Assembly: GCF_006345805.1 (NCBI RefSeq)
Contig: NC_043002.1
Coordinates: 682,001 to 746,000 of the forward strand
From: Octopus sinensis
Lineage: Eukaryota
Direction: 5' to 3'
DNA length: 64,000 nucleotides
Part shown: in pieces, positions 51,183 to 64,000 of the stretch
Layout of the letters: each line of letters starts with the position of its first letter
How positions within the stretch are numbered: the stretch's first letter is position 1
Made by a program: the position numbers and the translations under genes
The notes under the pieces: generated by a model
Told to the model about the DNA's origin: nothing
Database searches by the model: none
What the model saw: only the letters and a program-made list of their open reading frames with translations

Positions 51183-52035
51183 AATCATCATCATCATCAT
51201 CATCGTGTAACGTCCGTTTTCCATGCTGGCATGGGTTGGATGGTTCGACTGGGGTCAGGGAAGCCAGAAGGCTGCACCAGGCTCCAATCTGATCTGGCAG
51301 CGTTTCTACAGCTGGATGCCCTTCCTAACGCCAACCACTGGCACAAGGGGCCAGAGGAGGCTGGCATCAACCATGATCGGATGGTGCTTTTTACGTGCCA
51401 CCGGCACAGAAGTCAGTCAAGGCAACGCTGGCATTAGCCATGTTCAGATGGTGCTTTATACGTGCAACTGGCACAGGGGGGTTCACAACTGTAATTTCCA
51501 TTTGATTTGATTTTGATATTGTTATTGATGTTGATGTACTTGACTCAATAGGTCTCCTCAAACACGGCATGTCACCTAACAACCCTAGGTACTTTTGAGT
51601 GGGATGGTTATGCAACACTGGTGTAGGTTACAGCTGTTAACTCACTTTATTTGCCGGGTCTTCTCAGTCACAGCGTATCTCCCGAGGTCTCGGTCTTTTG
51701 TCATTGCCTCTGTGAGGCCCAAAGCTTGAAGGTCATGCTTCACCACCTCATCCCATATCTTCCTCTACCCAAAATTCCTTCAACTGTTTGGGAGTGGCAC
51801 TTCTTCACACAGCTCTCCTCGCCCCTCCACAGTACATGACCATATCAATGCAAACATCTCTCTTGCACGCCACATCTGATGCTTCTTATGTCCAACATTT
51901 CTCTCAGGGCGCTTACACTCTCTCGTGTGTGCACACTGGCATTACACATCCAGCGGATCATGCTAGCTTCGTTTCTTTGAAACCTACACACGTCTTCAGC
52001 AGTCATGGTCCGTGTTTCACTGCCGTGAAGCATGG
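51183..52035 (-). mobile_element. RTE 3' fragment
   Basis: (CAT)n tail, 3'-UTR and ORF C-terminus (HGSET...NEASMIRWMCN). Confidence 0.88.
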
Positions 52036-52249
52036 CAGGAATAGAACTGTTTAGTTTGAGATGTTCTGTCATCATTTCATATTTGAAGAGTTCAAAGAAT
52101 AAACTGGAATGTTCTTTCTGCTCTACATTTTTATGTTTGTTTACTAAATGTAGAATAACAATTTGCTTTAAATAAACTTTAAAAGCAAGTCTTGTAGACA
52201 TGCTTTTTGTTTAAATGCACAGTGTTTATATTCCATTTCTCCTTTTCAG

Positions 52250-52374
52250 AGGTTCGCCCAATGCAGAAAGAACTGAGGAGAAAGCAGAATGAGGAATCCA
52301 TAACTCTTGAACAAATTGAAGGTGAAAAGGAACTTCGGCAGAAACAATCTGATTCTGAAACCCTCTACTCTTAG
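52250..52374 (+). CDS. COX14: COX14-like coding exon 2 (EVRPMQKELRRKQNEESITLEQIEGEKELRQKQSDSETLYS*)
   Basis: Acceptor TTTCTCCTTTTCAG at 52249. The phase matches exon 1 (G|AG), giving an 82-aa protein with a charged coiled-coil-like tail. Confidence 0.72.
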
Positions 52375-52931
52375 AAGTTTGGGATGAACAATTTTTGCTT
52401 TATTAACTGTTGTTGCTGTTAGGTAAACAGCATAAATTAATAGTTTTTATTTTTCTTCAGAGCCAAAACAGAAATTCGAAAGCATGATTGCAATGTTACA
52501 TCGAACATACGTTAAGCAGGAATTGTTATTGAATCCTTTCATAAAGGGCAAGAATAAAACTGCACCTCTTTCTTGCAGCATTTCAAATGTTATTCGCTGC
52601 CTAAGTATGCCACATGTATTTCTTTTGTAAATATAATGTTTCAAAAGATGTTTTTCTTTAGAGTTATGTTTGTTTGTCAAGATCTTTCTGAACAACAGTA
52701 ATTTTAACAATTACCAAACTCCAAAACAATTTGATGAAATACAAAGCCCTAGAGTTTTCTCATTTCTTCTAAACTCTTTAAAATTCCATTTAGGGACAAT
52801 TGCTTTGAGATGTAAGAAACAGGTTGTTGTCAAAAAGGCAACAAAATCTAACTCTACAGACTATAAACCTGTCCAATTCTGAAGATGATAGGTACTGCTT
52901 CATTCAATCATATCTTACACTCGTGTGCGGC

Positions 52932-53060
52932 TCATACACTCCCCTCTCCATACACTTTCTGCAACTTTGCATCGGCCTCTGAGCAGGTACCGCCATGACA
53001 ACTTTCTCTGTCATGGTCAATACGACAATCACACACTACACACCTTCCTTCCAAGCACTG
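52932..53060 (-). CDS. Probable terminal exon of an unidentified Cys/His-rich protein (QCLEGRCVVCDCRIDHDRESCHGGTCSEADAKLQKVYGEGSV*)
   Basis: Acceptor CTTCTGTTGTTTACAG, 42 open codons to TGA, protein-like composition, and no similarity to repeats in this window. Confidence 0.6.
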   Translation of the reverse strand, partial: QCLEGRCVVCDCRIDHDRESCHGGTCSEADAKLQKVYGEGSV

Positions 53061-53884
53061 CTGTAAACAACAGAAGTGAGCTAGAATGTTAAAACTTAGT
53101 ATACATGCACAGCAGAATTTAAGGTCAATCTTTGCCGAGTGGCTTCATTCTGCATGATTTAGCTTCGTTACTATGGCAACAGCCCGGACACTTATTGATC
53201 AGGCCTTGTAATTATTGAAGCAACCACACAGAATCTATGACAGCACATACCAAGAGTTATAAAGATAGTCATTGCTTTTTCAACAGCACAAATATCCCAC
53301 CATTTCACGTATGAATGAAACAACAGTCTTGTAGGATTGTTACAAATGTTAAATATCACAATTCTCTCTGGTTCAACTATTAGGTTTCACTGTTTAAAGC
53401 CAGCCTAACCTCAATCAACCCTGATTCTTTGGAGTAAGTTCAATGTCCGCATGATAGTACTGCTATGTTGCTGCACACTAACAGCCAACAGCCAGTCAAC
53501 TGATTGTCAACAATTCACCATCAGACATTCTGTGTACCTTCTCCATGCAGGTCCACTCATTTTACTAGTTTTTCTTTCTATCACCTCGACTATCTAGAAA
53601 CCTTATTTGATCCTTTTCCCCTGCCCCTTGCAACCCTCAGAAATTCCTTCAGGCAGCTATTCAAAATTACCAGTCATGGAAGGCCTGAACACAGACATTG
53701 TTCATGGCTTCTCTGCCTTAGTTACTCCTATGCACAGTCTCAGATCATTATTCATATTTGTACAGTATTTCAACACAACCTGTTAAGCTTCCACATTTAT
53801 TATTGGCAGTCCAAAACACTGTCACTACATACGTTTCATGAAAAAAAAAAAAAATCCATTTCCTATTCATAAATAATACATATC

Positions 53885-55960
53885 AAAGCAGAGGAGAAGC
53901 AGAAAGCATGAGGATTAGAGGTGTTCTGGTTTGCAAGAACTGTGTGTAGAAAAGAATCCAGATATTGTTGGTCAGAAGTCAGTGTGTGTACATTAACCCT
54001 TTCGTTACTATATTTCTGACCAAAATACACCCCTTATGTGTTTCAATTAATTTCTAACATAATCATAAATTTAGTCTGGTTTCATTAAACAACTAACTTT
54101 TTTATTTATCAATATATTAATGTGATTTTTGGAAGATAATTTAATGAAAGGTTCTCAACCAATTCTATACTATAATTTTTGTCACAAAGTGACTCTAATT
54201 GCAGGTAGATACAGGTAAATTCAACAAAATATAAAATTATTAAAATTTTTGTTCAAACATCGCTATAGAAATATTCAATTGGGTATACAACAAAATTTTA
54301 CTATAGAATTTGTTATTCTGGGTAACTTTCTGATACCCATAATAATATTTATGGCAAAATAGGCCTTAATTTCATTTAAGGTTGTGGGAAACCACATACT
54401 ATCCTTTCTTTCGCTTTGTTTACATTTAGCGTAATGATTTCAAATAGGCTCATTTGAAAAAGTAAATAGAAATAGTCTAAGGCTTTACTCTCCTGGGAAA
54501 GACTGTGGCTTGGTCCAGTTTCTTCAGAAAAATCACTAAAAGAAACAGTTTTTAAATTTTCACTCCATTCAGGTACCAATTCATTTTCTTTATCACTGTC
54601 GGAGCTCTCGGATTCACTGTTTTCATTTTCAGAAAATGAAACATCGGATTCATTATCAAATACCTCGTGCTTTTTTTTTTCAGTCATAGAGTTAGATTTA
54701 TCAAGGTCTTCAGTAGAAAATCCTTCGAATTCTGACTCGCTGCTTGATATAATGAAATTCGTATCCATTTTTTGTCAGAATTACAAATTTTGAAAACATA
54801 ATAGGAACAAATTTGGGAAAAAAATCTCCCAAAATTCACGGAATTAAAATTACACTTTGATCATTGTACAAAACTAGTTGAACTGTTTACGAAGTATAAT
54901 CACGTGTTTTCACGAATGTACTAACGAGATTTGCTCTGATATTCTCATTTAAATATGAATAGGCAATTACGGGCGGTTTGATCACATGAACCAAAATTTT
55001 TTTCGGGCGGCTTTGGGCAGTTTGGTAATGAAAGGGTTAAGTGATTCTGAAAAGAAAGGGGCATGTAAGTGCTACTATGAAAGGTTATTAAATGTTGAGA
55101 ATGCATTGCAAAAAGAGATCCTTCCCAACACAGACACTGCAATAGATAATGTGATGAAGGTGAGGAAAGCAAGAGAGGGCCTGGTCCAGCAGAGCAACCA
55201 GGGAGATGCTTAGAATAATAAAAGGCAGAGTGACTGGTGTGGACGCAGCAGCAGCAGCATTGAGAGTCAACTGTCACAAAAAGTAAAGGAGGAGATGCCT
55301 TAGAGAGAAGTCATTATTATTATTATAGGGGTAGGAAATTGTGGGACGAGTTTATGAAAGAGTTGCAACTCAACTAATTAGGAAGAGGGATCGGGATGAA
55401 ATGGGAAAAGTACTACTGATACTTTCTAGTAAGACTTTATAGAGGTGTTTAATTAAAAAATGAGCTGCTGTACTTTAGCATTTGGCAACCTGAAGAAAGT
55501 CTCTGACCGAATCTCTAGCTCTTGTAATCTAGTGGTCACTGAAGAAGCTAGGAAGTGAGGAATGGCTAACACAAGCCATGTACAGGGGTACTGTCAATTA
55601 GGTGAGAATTAACAATAAGCAGGGTTTGGTTATAGGTCTCCTCCTATTCACTGTCCTTCAGGCTATAAGGATTCAAGAGGAGAGCATGTTTATGCCGATG
55701 ACCTTTATGGCTGAATCTGTAGGACTTGAAAAAACATTTCAGTCGTTGAAACAAAACCTTGAATCAAACTGCTTCAAGGTAAACAAAGACCACCATTCTA
55801 GTCAACAGGGAAAGAGATAAGAGTACTGCTTCCCTTATTTGATAGACAGAAAAGGGGTAGGTAGAAATATACTGGGCAGTGTAGTATAAATTACGGACAC
55901 TCATAAAACTCAGTGGTATCAGAAGTCGATCAGCAGATATACAGAGGAGCAACAGATACT
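53885..55960 (+). mobile_element. Old RTE remnant split by the piggyBac insertion
   Basis: Flanks on both sides of the piggyBac continue the RTE linker (…GTGTGTAG..AAGAAT… / …CTACTATGAAAGGTTATTAAATG…). Confidence 0.65.
53997..55036 (-). mobile_element. Internally deleted piggyBac transposon with a transposase N-terminal remnant (54768 to about 54305)
   Basis: TTAA TSDs (53993-96 and 55037-40) and TIRs CCCTTTC(G/A)TTAC. Acidic N-terminus and FSEETGP...LDYFYLLF, then after a frameshift WFPTTLNEIKAYFAINIIMGIRKLP. Confidence 0.93.
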
Positions 55961-56450
55961 ATGAGCAGAGCAGGAAGAACCCTTTTTTTTTTTTTTTATT
56001 CCAGGAAGTTGCCAAGCAGTTATAGTTTCTGTTACTTCGACAAGCAAATTAGCAGTTGAGGGGGATGTTGTGAAAGAATTTTTGTTAGAATAAGAAGAGA
56101 ATAGAGAAAGTTCACCTAACCATTACCTCTGTTGGCTACAGAAGGTTTCTTTCTCAGAAGCAGATTGCATGATGCTTGTGTATGAACAGCAATGCTACAT
56201 AGAAGTTATGTGGGCCTTGAATGTAGAAGACTTTAAAAAACTATGCAGTGATAGATGTGCAATTTGTACAGAGATAGTCACATAGATGCATATATAAATA
56301 AGAAGGGCTCTTTCAACGTCAACATACCCCTTCATAAAATGATGACAGTGGGCTGATCTTAAGAGTACCTCAAGTAACACTGGACTAGCACTTTCGGTGT
56401 CTGCGGCAGCAGCACCTGGGGGAAACATACACACCCTCTCCTTCACTTAC

Positions 56451-56537
56451 CTGTGCTGGCATTTTATAGCTACAATTCAACCAAACTCTTTTGAGTAAGC
56501 AATAGTGATGGCAGAGGTGGGGTAGGCATGTTGTTAA
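56451..56537 (-). CDS. Candidate 87-nt phase-0 exon (LTTCLPHLCHHYCLLKRVWLNCSYKMPAQ), likely of the same gene as 52932-53060
   Basis: Acceptor ...CTCCTTTGTCTATCCATCTCTCAG and donor CAG|GTAAGT. Only one open frame, and the phase is compatible with the downstream exon. Confidence 0.5.
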
Positions 56538-56629
56538 CTGAGAGATGGATAGACAAAGGAGTTACAGTGCCCGATATGATAATTAAGACTAGTTATTGGC
56601 AACTCAGCATATGCCCTACAGGTGGGATT

Positions 56630-57650
56630 GGCTTTATGAGACCCTGACTACTTCAATGACAGCTGACAAAGATCTCATCCCCAGAACTGGTGACTTCAGT
56701 AGATGTTGTTGGTCAGCATGTTGTACACAGAAACTATAGTCATGGTTCCAGAAATGAAGAGGGGTGTGTGGGGTCCTGGAGTTCTGTGGAGCAACTGATC
56801 TAACAGTCTGTAACATGCACTTTATGAAACCAGCTAAAATCTAATCATCTACCAATCTGATCACCAACACACAAGTCAGATGGACTACATTCTCAGCAGG
56901 AAACAGAAGGGCGATTGTTGATACCAAAACTTTTCCTGGTGAAGGACACACAACAGGCATGAGTCAATGGCGAGTGACTTCAGACAAAAAGAAATGCAAG
57001 ACAATATATACAAAGGGAGGTACGGAAACTAAAAGATCTTGCAATCAAGAAGAGAAATTCTAATCGACACATGAGTGTGGGGAAGCAGATTTAGATATCT
57101 GTAGCAGAGATGACTAGGAATTTCAATGCAATAACCAGATTAAGACTAGAGAACAGAGCCAAGCCATAAGTAACATAGGATAGAATAATAATACAGTTGA
57201 TAGGAACAGATAAGTGTAAGAGACAGGCTTGGAAAGCCTGTTGGTAGGAAGTATTAGCTAATGACTTAATGAGTATCAAAATGATAGGTGTTCTCAGGTA
57301 AAAGTGAGTTAGCAAGAAAGAAATTTGCATATGTCCTGCAACACAAGGGTCAGAGGTATGAAGTGTTCAGAAACGTAAGATAATGTGCAAGGGAGTGATG
57401 ACGACATACTGCTGATGTGGAACAAAAGAAACTGGCATGGAAATACTATTAGGGAAGTCTGATGAAGTGTGGAGAATCCATGGGATAAACAGGGATTACC
57501 CTATGCTGATCCAAAAGAGTGACCTGCAATTCATGTTGACAGCAGTTTGGTAAATAAAATAATAAAAGACATGAAAAACAAGGGTTCATTAGGGATAGTT
57601 GGAGACATGCTTAAGAAAACTTCTCTCACAACAAACCAAACTACATCGCT
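56630..57650 (+). mobile_element. Old RTE endonuclease/linker remnant
   Basis: CTGGTGACTTCA (AGDF), AAGTCAGATGGACTACATTCTC (SQMDYIL) and AAAACTTTTCCTGGTGAAG (KTFPGE). Confidence 0.7.
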
Positions 57651-58425
57651 TCTCTTCCTCACATTTCCTCTTTCATGCACTTTACCTACCCCTCACTCCC
57701 CAATCCTGTCCCCACAACCCTGCTTCTCTTTATCATTGCAATCTGGTATCTCCCCCTCACCCGCTCTATATACCCATGTTTTCACTACGCATTTCCCCTA
57801 CCCCACTCTCTAATCATGCTTCTTTGGGCAATATCCTGCCATTTATATTATAACATTCAAACCTCAAGAGAATGCCCTGATTACTTGCCACCATTTATCT
57901 CTCTCTCTGTGCCTTTACTTGATCATCCCATTTATGCTCTAAGCCCTGTCCCTTGTGAGCATGTCCAGCACTTTGCCACCATCTCTATCCTGCTGTCTCC
58001 CACTCTCTCTCTCTCTCCTCCTGGTTGGGTAACCATGTATCTCCTTTGTGGCAGCACACCTGTTTCTGTCCTCATTCTTGATCCCCCTCCCCCACCAGCT
58101 GGGTAACTTTGTACCTCCTCCAAAGCAAGACACCTGATTTTGTCTTACTATAAGCTTTTCATCAATGAACACAAGACCACCTCCCCTCTCAAAAGATTTT
58201 TGCCTTGCAAGTTACAAGGTGACCCTGTGAGTAGAGGTGCCACTTAAAAAGCATCCAGTCAACACTATAAAGTGGTTGGCATTTGGAAGGGCATCCAGCT
58301 GTAAAACTCCTACCAAAAGAGTTGCAGAGGTCTGGTGCAGGCTCCTGTCAAATTGTCCCACCCATACCAGCATGGAAGGCAAACATTAAACAATGATGAT
58401 ATATATATATGTATGTGTATATATA

Positions 58426-60050
58426 CAGTTGCGGCCAAAATGTTCAGAACGGCATTGTTTTCGTCAGAAAAGTAGGTATAAGTTTTTATCAAAGTTGTTT
58501 TATATTCTATAATTTTCACAGACAATAAATACAATATTATTTGTTATTGTCTGAGATTTTGGTATAATTTGAGAGGATAATAAAAAAGTTATGGATGATT
58601 TAGTGATTTACTGCAAAACCCATGGCGGCCAAAATGATCAGAACGGTTGCTTTTGCTCCGTGTTTTAATATATTTAACCGTCGAACTCTAATGTTTTGAA
58701 TTTGTTTACGCGACAGTTCGTTTACTAAACGTTAGTAAGAATATCTGCAGTGTACTTTGTTAATATAATGCCACTTATTCCGTTACCAATTCGTCAGCAG
58801 ATTATTAAGCTTCAAAAGAAGGATAATTTAAGTATTAGGTCTATTGCAAAGATTGTTAACAAGTCAAAAAGTGTTGTTCACAGTATTCTTAAGGTCTACG
58901 ATGATTGTGGTTCGTGTGAAGCAAGAAAGTCTACAGGTAGGCCAAGAAAAACGACCAAGAGAGAAGATCGTGCTATGGTAAAGTTGTTAAAAAGGACAGA
59001 TTTAAAACTACTGCTGCTGTTTTTCGGGAAATGAGCATTGTACTGAAGAAAACTTTATCTCGAAAAACTGTCTCATCGTTTAGTTGAACATGACCTACAA
59101 GCAAGAGCACCTGCAGTGAAGCCACTGATCAGCTCCAAGAATAAAAAGTGTCGTCTTACCTTTGCAACCGAACATGTGTTGTGATCTCAAGAAAAATGGC
59201 AAACGGTGCATTTCAGTGATGAATCTAAGTCTATGTTATTTGGCTCAGATGAGAAAAGATACGTTCGTCGAAAAGCGGGTGAAAAATTGTCACCTAAATG
59301 CCTTAAGACTAGTGTTAAATTCGGTGGAGGAAGTGTCATAGTTTGGGGGATGATATCTGGAGATGTTGTGGGCCCTTTGCTGCGATTACATGGAAAGGTA
59401 AATGCAGGAGTTTATAAACAACTTGTAAAAGATCATGTCTTGCCTGTGCTGAGAAATTCAACTAAGCGACCACCCATATTCATGCAGGACAATGCCCCAT
59501 GTCACAAGGCTAAGGTGGTCATGAACTTCATGAAGGCTGAAAAGGTTATTGTTATGGATTGGCCAGCTCAAAGCCCAGATCTCAATCCTATCGAAAATGT
59601 GTGGAATATTCTAGGACGTTTGAAAGCCAGAAATCCTAAAACAACCGAGCAATTATGGAATGCCCTTCGGGAAGAATGGAATAAGATCACCCAGCAAGAA
59701 ATTGAAAATTTAATTTCCACATGCAGTCGAAAATGTCAAACTTTGATTGAAGCTAAAGGGCTTCACACTAAATATTAAATAATTCCAGCATTCTCTGTCA
59801 CTTTTTGATTATTTTGTTATTTTTTCAACCGTTCTGATCATTTTGGCCACCATGGGTTTTGCAGTAAATCACTAAATCATCCATAACTTTTGTATTATCC
59901 ACTCAAATTACACCAAAATCTCAGACAATACAAATTAATATTGTATTTATTGTCTGTGAAAATTATAGAATATAAAACAACTTTAATAAAAACGTATACC
60001 TACTTTTCTGACAAAAAACAATGCCATTCTGAACATTTTGGCTGCAACTG
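58426..60050 (+). mobile_element. Full-length Tc1 (DD34E) transposon with long IR/DR-type TIRs; transposase pseudogene 58768-59778
   Basis: TIRs of about 224-225 bp (58426-58649 and 59826-60050) with the inner direct repeat GGCCAAAATG(T/A)TCAGAACGG. Motifs GRPRKTT, FSDES, VWG, QDNAPCH and SPDLNPIE, with 34 residues between D and E. Frameshifts and one TGA at a Trp position; TA on the left. Confidence 0.96.
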
Positions 60051-60062
60051 TGTATATATATA

Positions 60063-60126
<64 letters not shown>

Positions 60127-60183
60127 GGTAAGGCTGTTATTGTATGTGCAGAATAGTTTTATATGCCATCCATTTGCATTTGA

Positions 60184-60218
<35 letters not shown>

Positions 60219-60229
60219 GGTTGTTGCTA

Positions 60230-61140
60230 GTGTCATCTGACTAGCTCCTGTGCCAGTGGCACATAAAAGGCACCATTTGAGCATGGTCAATGCCAGTACC
60301 ACATGACTAGCTGCCATACCAGTGGCACGTAAAAAGCACCCACTACACTCTCTGAGTGGTTGGCGTTATGAAGGGCAGCCAGCTGTAGAAACCTTGCCAG
60401 ATCAGATTGGAGCCTGGTGCAGCCTCAGTCAAACTGTCCAACCCATGCCAGCATGGAAAGCGGACATTAGACGATGATAATGATGATGATGAATTGGTTG
60501 AATCAAGTCCAACATTAACCTCAGACAAGATATTTTAGAAGACTGAAAGATTAAAAAAAAAAGTAAAGCTTTTTTTAAAGTATTCCTCTTGTGAATACTC
60601 TTTGTAAATGTATTATAAAAATCAAATAATTTCAATGAAGGCACTTTCACATAATATGAAGCAAAGCTGTTATTCTAACTAACTAAAGATATCTACATAC
60701 ATTTGTTTTTGACTATGGATTATGCTAATGGGAATTAATCATTAGAGTATTGAAAAACTTAAGAAGATGAAGTCCTGAAAATAAAAATACACAACAGCAA
60801 AGATTTTGTGGAATAACTGTTTAACTCTTAAAACCAACCCATTTCAGACCACATTTAGTTTTATCATACTATACTGCCTGTTTGGAATTTTTATTAAATT
60901 AGACCTTCCCCTCATTTTATCTAAGCACTATCAAAACATAGCATCATCATCATTTAACATCCCCTTTTCCGTGGTGGCCTGGGTTGGACAGTTCAATAAG
61001 GAAAGACATGCCAGAGTGTTCTAACTAGGTTTTATATCTATTTTTGGCATGGTTTCTACAGTTGGATGCCTTTCCTAACACCAACCACTTTACAGAGTAT
61101 ACTGGGTGCTTTTTATGTAGGATGAGCAATGGTAAGACAG
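60230..61140. mobile_element. Short RTE 3'-tail fragments (+ 60230-60490; - about 60945-61140); another at 58220-58400 (+)
   Basis: Conserved RTE terminus with (GAT)n and (CAT)n tails. Confidence 0.8.
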
Positions 61141-64000
61141 CCATGTACCCACAAGATAAGACTCTCTCAAATAAGCAAAGTACAGACTGAAGAAAAAAAA
61201 AAGAAGACTATGATAGAGGGAAAGGAGCAGGTGTCTTGCTGAAGAGGTGAATGCATGGCTTGCTCTCTTTTCTATTTCCATTCCATGCTGTACAACAGGT
61301 CAGGACAATTCCAGTAGTTTATTAGCTTTTCTATTGAATATTGTTGCTAGGTCGTCTAAGTTCTGCCAGTGATCCCTCATAAAGATTTCTCATTGTATAA
61401 CCATATCTGAAAGAAACAGACAGCATTGGCTCATTGTGTGTCTGGGATTTTTTTTTTTTGTCTTCTTTTGACTCCTCCAATATGTAAGCCAATGTTGCCA
61501 CTGGTAGGAATTAGACTGGGGGTGAACAGAGCTGGAAAATATTCAGCCAGGCAATAATAAATCCTTACAAAGTTTTGATTATTTTCAAAATCCATTGTTA
61601 CATATTGTATTTTATTAATAAGGATCACGAAAGGGTCAAAATGACTGAGCACTTGGTTTGTACTGATCACCATTTTACTGATAGCAGTCATCAATCACTA
61701 AGAGACAATGGTTAATTAGAACTCTCCAACAACATAGTAACATTAATTAACTACAATTGTTAATAAAACTCCATCTCAAACATCTGAGATAAAGAAATGT
61801 TTGACAGGTCAACTGGTTTTGAAAAGGGAAAAGAAACTTAGGCCTCAATAAGAAAAGCTGCAGTCGGAATGGAAGAAGAGATTGAGACAAATAACTTGAG
61901 TAGAATATAAGTTACATGCAGGGCAACCAAAAGAAAAGGATCCACTAGCAAGGTGAAATGGATCAGATCCAACAGCTGCTGCTGTTAGGAGATGAAAAAT
62001 AGGATCATAACAAAAGACAATGCTTTGTATAGTAACAATAATTTTTATACATAAGTAAACTACAATGAGCCACTGTTTTCGTAAAAGTAGTCAACAATTC
62101 ACTTTGCTGCACATTGTTCAATGGTTAAGAGTATAAATTGGTAAACAATGAACATTTTCCACTCAACGGTAGACAGAAGCAGGTAGTTTTATTTGGCTTC
62201 ATAACTTTTAAAACAAACTTTTTCTTCCAGTAAATATCAGCTAATAGGATTCCATAAGTAATGGAAGCATTGGAATGTCATAACTAACATTTCTTTCCAA
62301 AAAGTTTTCACTTATATAATATCTGTTTAAAGAAAACCATCAAGAAGATAGGAACCAAAAGTTTGAGAAAATCTTCATGAAGCAGGATAATGAAAATAAA
62401 AGGTAATTAAAAAAAAAAAACAAAAAAACACCCTAATTGCCAAACTTAGTTGATCCAGTATAAAGAAGCAAACAAGATCCAAACACAGGCAGTTGTTGTA
62501 GTTGTTGTTGTTGTTTGGTGAAAGCCTATGAAAAGTACAACAAGCTGTACCAGTTTACAATCACAAGTGAATGGGAAAATCTAATTCACATTTTAATTGT
62601 TTATTTATCCTTTTTATTTTGTTTATTTTTTACAAGAATATACATCATTACAGGCCAGCTAATTCACTTTGTAAACATTCATTATTGAGGATTCTGGAAG
62701 TGTCTAAATATTTACAAATTAGCTAAAAACAATATTGTTGAGAAATCCTCAAGTGTATACAGTGCAGAGAGCTGCATTGTATAGACATTAAAGTTAGTCT
62801 TGCAAAGAACTTGTGAAACAAACAGTACAATTTGACATGGAAAAAAAAAAAAAAAAGACACTTCAAACAGTCAACACTATAAAAAATGGAGTAAAATTTT
62901 AGAAGAGACAAAATTCTATGTCCTGCCTACAGTAGATTAAAAAAGGAAAAATAAATAAAATAGAAAGACAAAAAAATTCAGAGAAACAAAGATACAAAAA
63001 GATAATCTGGAAAAATACATAAATTGATAAAAGCATATGGATATCAGAACTATACAAACATCATCATCATCATCATCAACATAGAAAATGTTAAACTCTT
63101 ATAATGAAAAGAAAAGACAAATAACTAGAACACTAATTCTAAGTGTATATTACTTTGTTTGGGTTGATAGAAATATGTTTGATGTCCTAGCAAAACTATT
63201 TCTTACAAAGGTTAGAGTCTACAATATAGATGGTTATTAGCTAAAATAAAGTTTGAAATTTCTGTGAAAAATTTCCTTTTATCACCTCCAAAAAAGCAGA
63301 GAAATTGACTAAAATCGGAAAGAACCAGTCGGCACCAATCTGCTCTACCTCGGCATCTATCTTACTACAGTTTGCCAATGAAAGCATTCAATATAACGTG
63401 CCAGTTTATTTCAATCACAAAAACCCAACTGGAAAAGCTATTTTGAAATCTAATCCTTTAATGTATCATTAAAAAACTTTTGTATTTATAAATTAAATGC
63501 TAACAATATTACTTAAATTTTTTCCCATTGCATTTTATGAAAAACTGCATAAAATATGTCAAGAAAAAAACTGAAACACTATCTTTTTTACAGAGAAAAT
63601 AAACAGGGTAATTATACATTTTTTATCGGAAAGTTACATTTTCATATTAATGCATAATTCAAAATAAACTCCATTTAGCTGTTACAAAAAAAAAAAATAA
63701 ATAAATAAATAAAAAAACAAAACAAAACCATGCAAAATATTTAGGAATAAAGTTTGATCTCATATTAGAAGAGTGACTTTATTCAAAATATTCTTACCTC
63801 TTGAAATTTCACTTTTAAAATATGAGTTAAACTGAAAGTGATTTTCTCTGACCATCAACCATTAGATGATGTGTTTTTTTTTAAATCATGTGTATGAGTG
63901 ATGAATGATGTTAAGATGCTCTGGCTGATTTATAAAGACATTATTACATTTTCTTAATTAGTTATTTAATAATAATAATATCATCATCATCAGAATTGTT

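Noticed and set aside
61290-61406. Minus-strand exon with an in-frame TGA (MVIQ*EIFMRDHWQNLDD…) as possible selenocysteine
   Set aside because: No match to selenoprotein motifs I know, no SECIS identified, and all three frames contain stops; it may be UTR or a terminal exon.

Overview
AT-rich, repeat-dominated eukaryotic genomic DNA. The SINE, RTE and microsatellite repertoire suggests an octopus or other cephalopod (inference; not checked against a database). Most of the window is nested retroelements (many RTE-clade LINE copies, a second RTE/RTEX-like family, two CR1-group LINEs, two tRNA-derived SINE families, Penelope-like termini) plus DNA transposons (Tc1 DD34E, a maT-like mariner, piggyBac, a Helitron and a long-TIR MITE). 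Host genes are sparse: a two-coding-exon, 82-aa COX14-like gene (+, 45258-45381 and 52250-52374), probable exons of a convergent Cys/His-rich gene (-), and a CpG-rich promoter-like region at about 37.4-38.2 kb. The most notable signal is a set of type I minimal hammerhead ribozymes. Two of them (28334-28379 and 41978-42022) sit in a shared ~260-330-nt non-coding, multi-hairpin element whose stems covary between copies, which looks retrozyme-like. One copy carries a TSD-flanked orphan-ORF insertion just upstream of the ribozyme. Family names and homologies come from motif recognition and need database confirmation.
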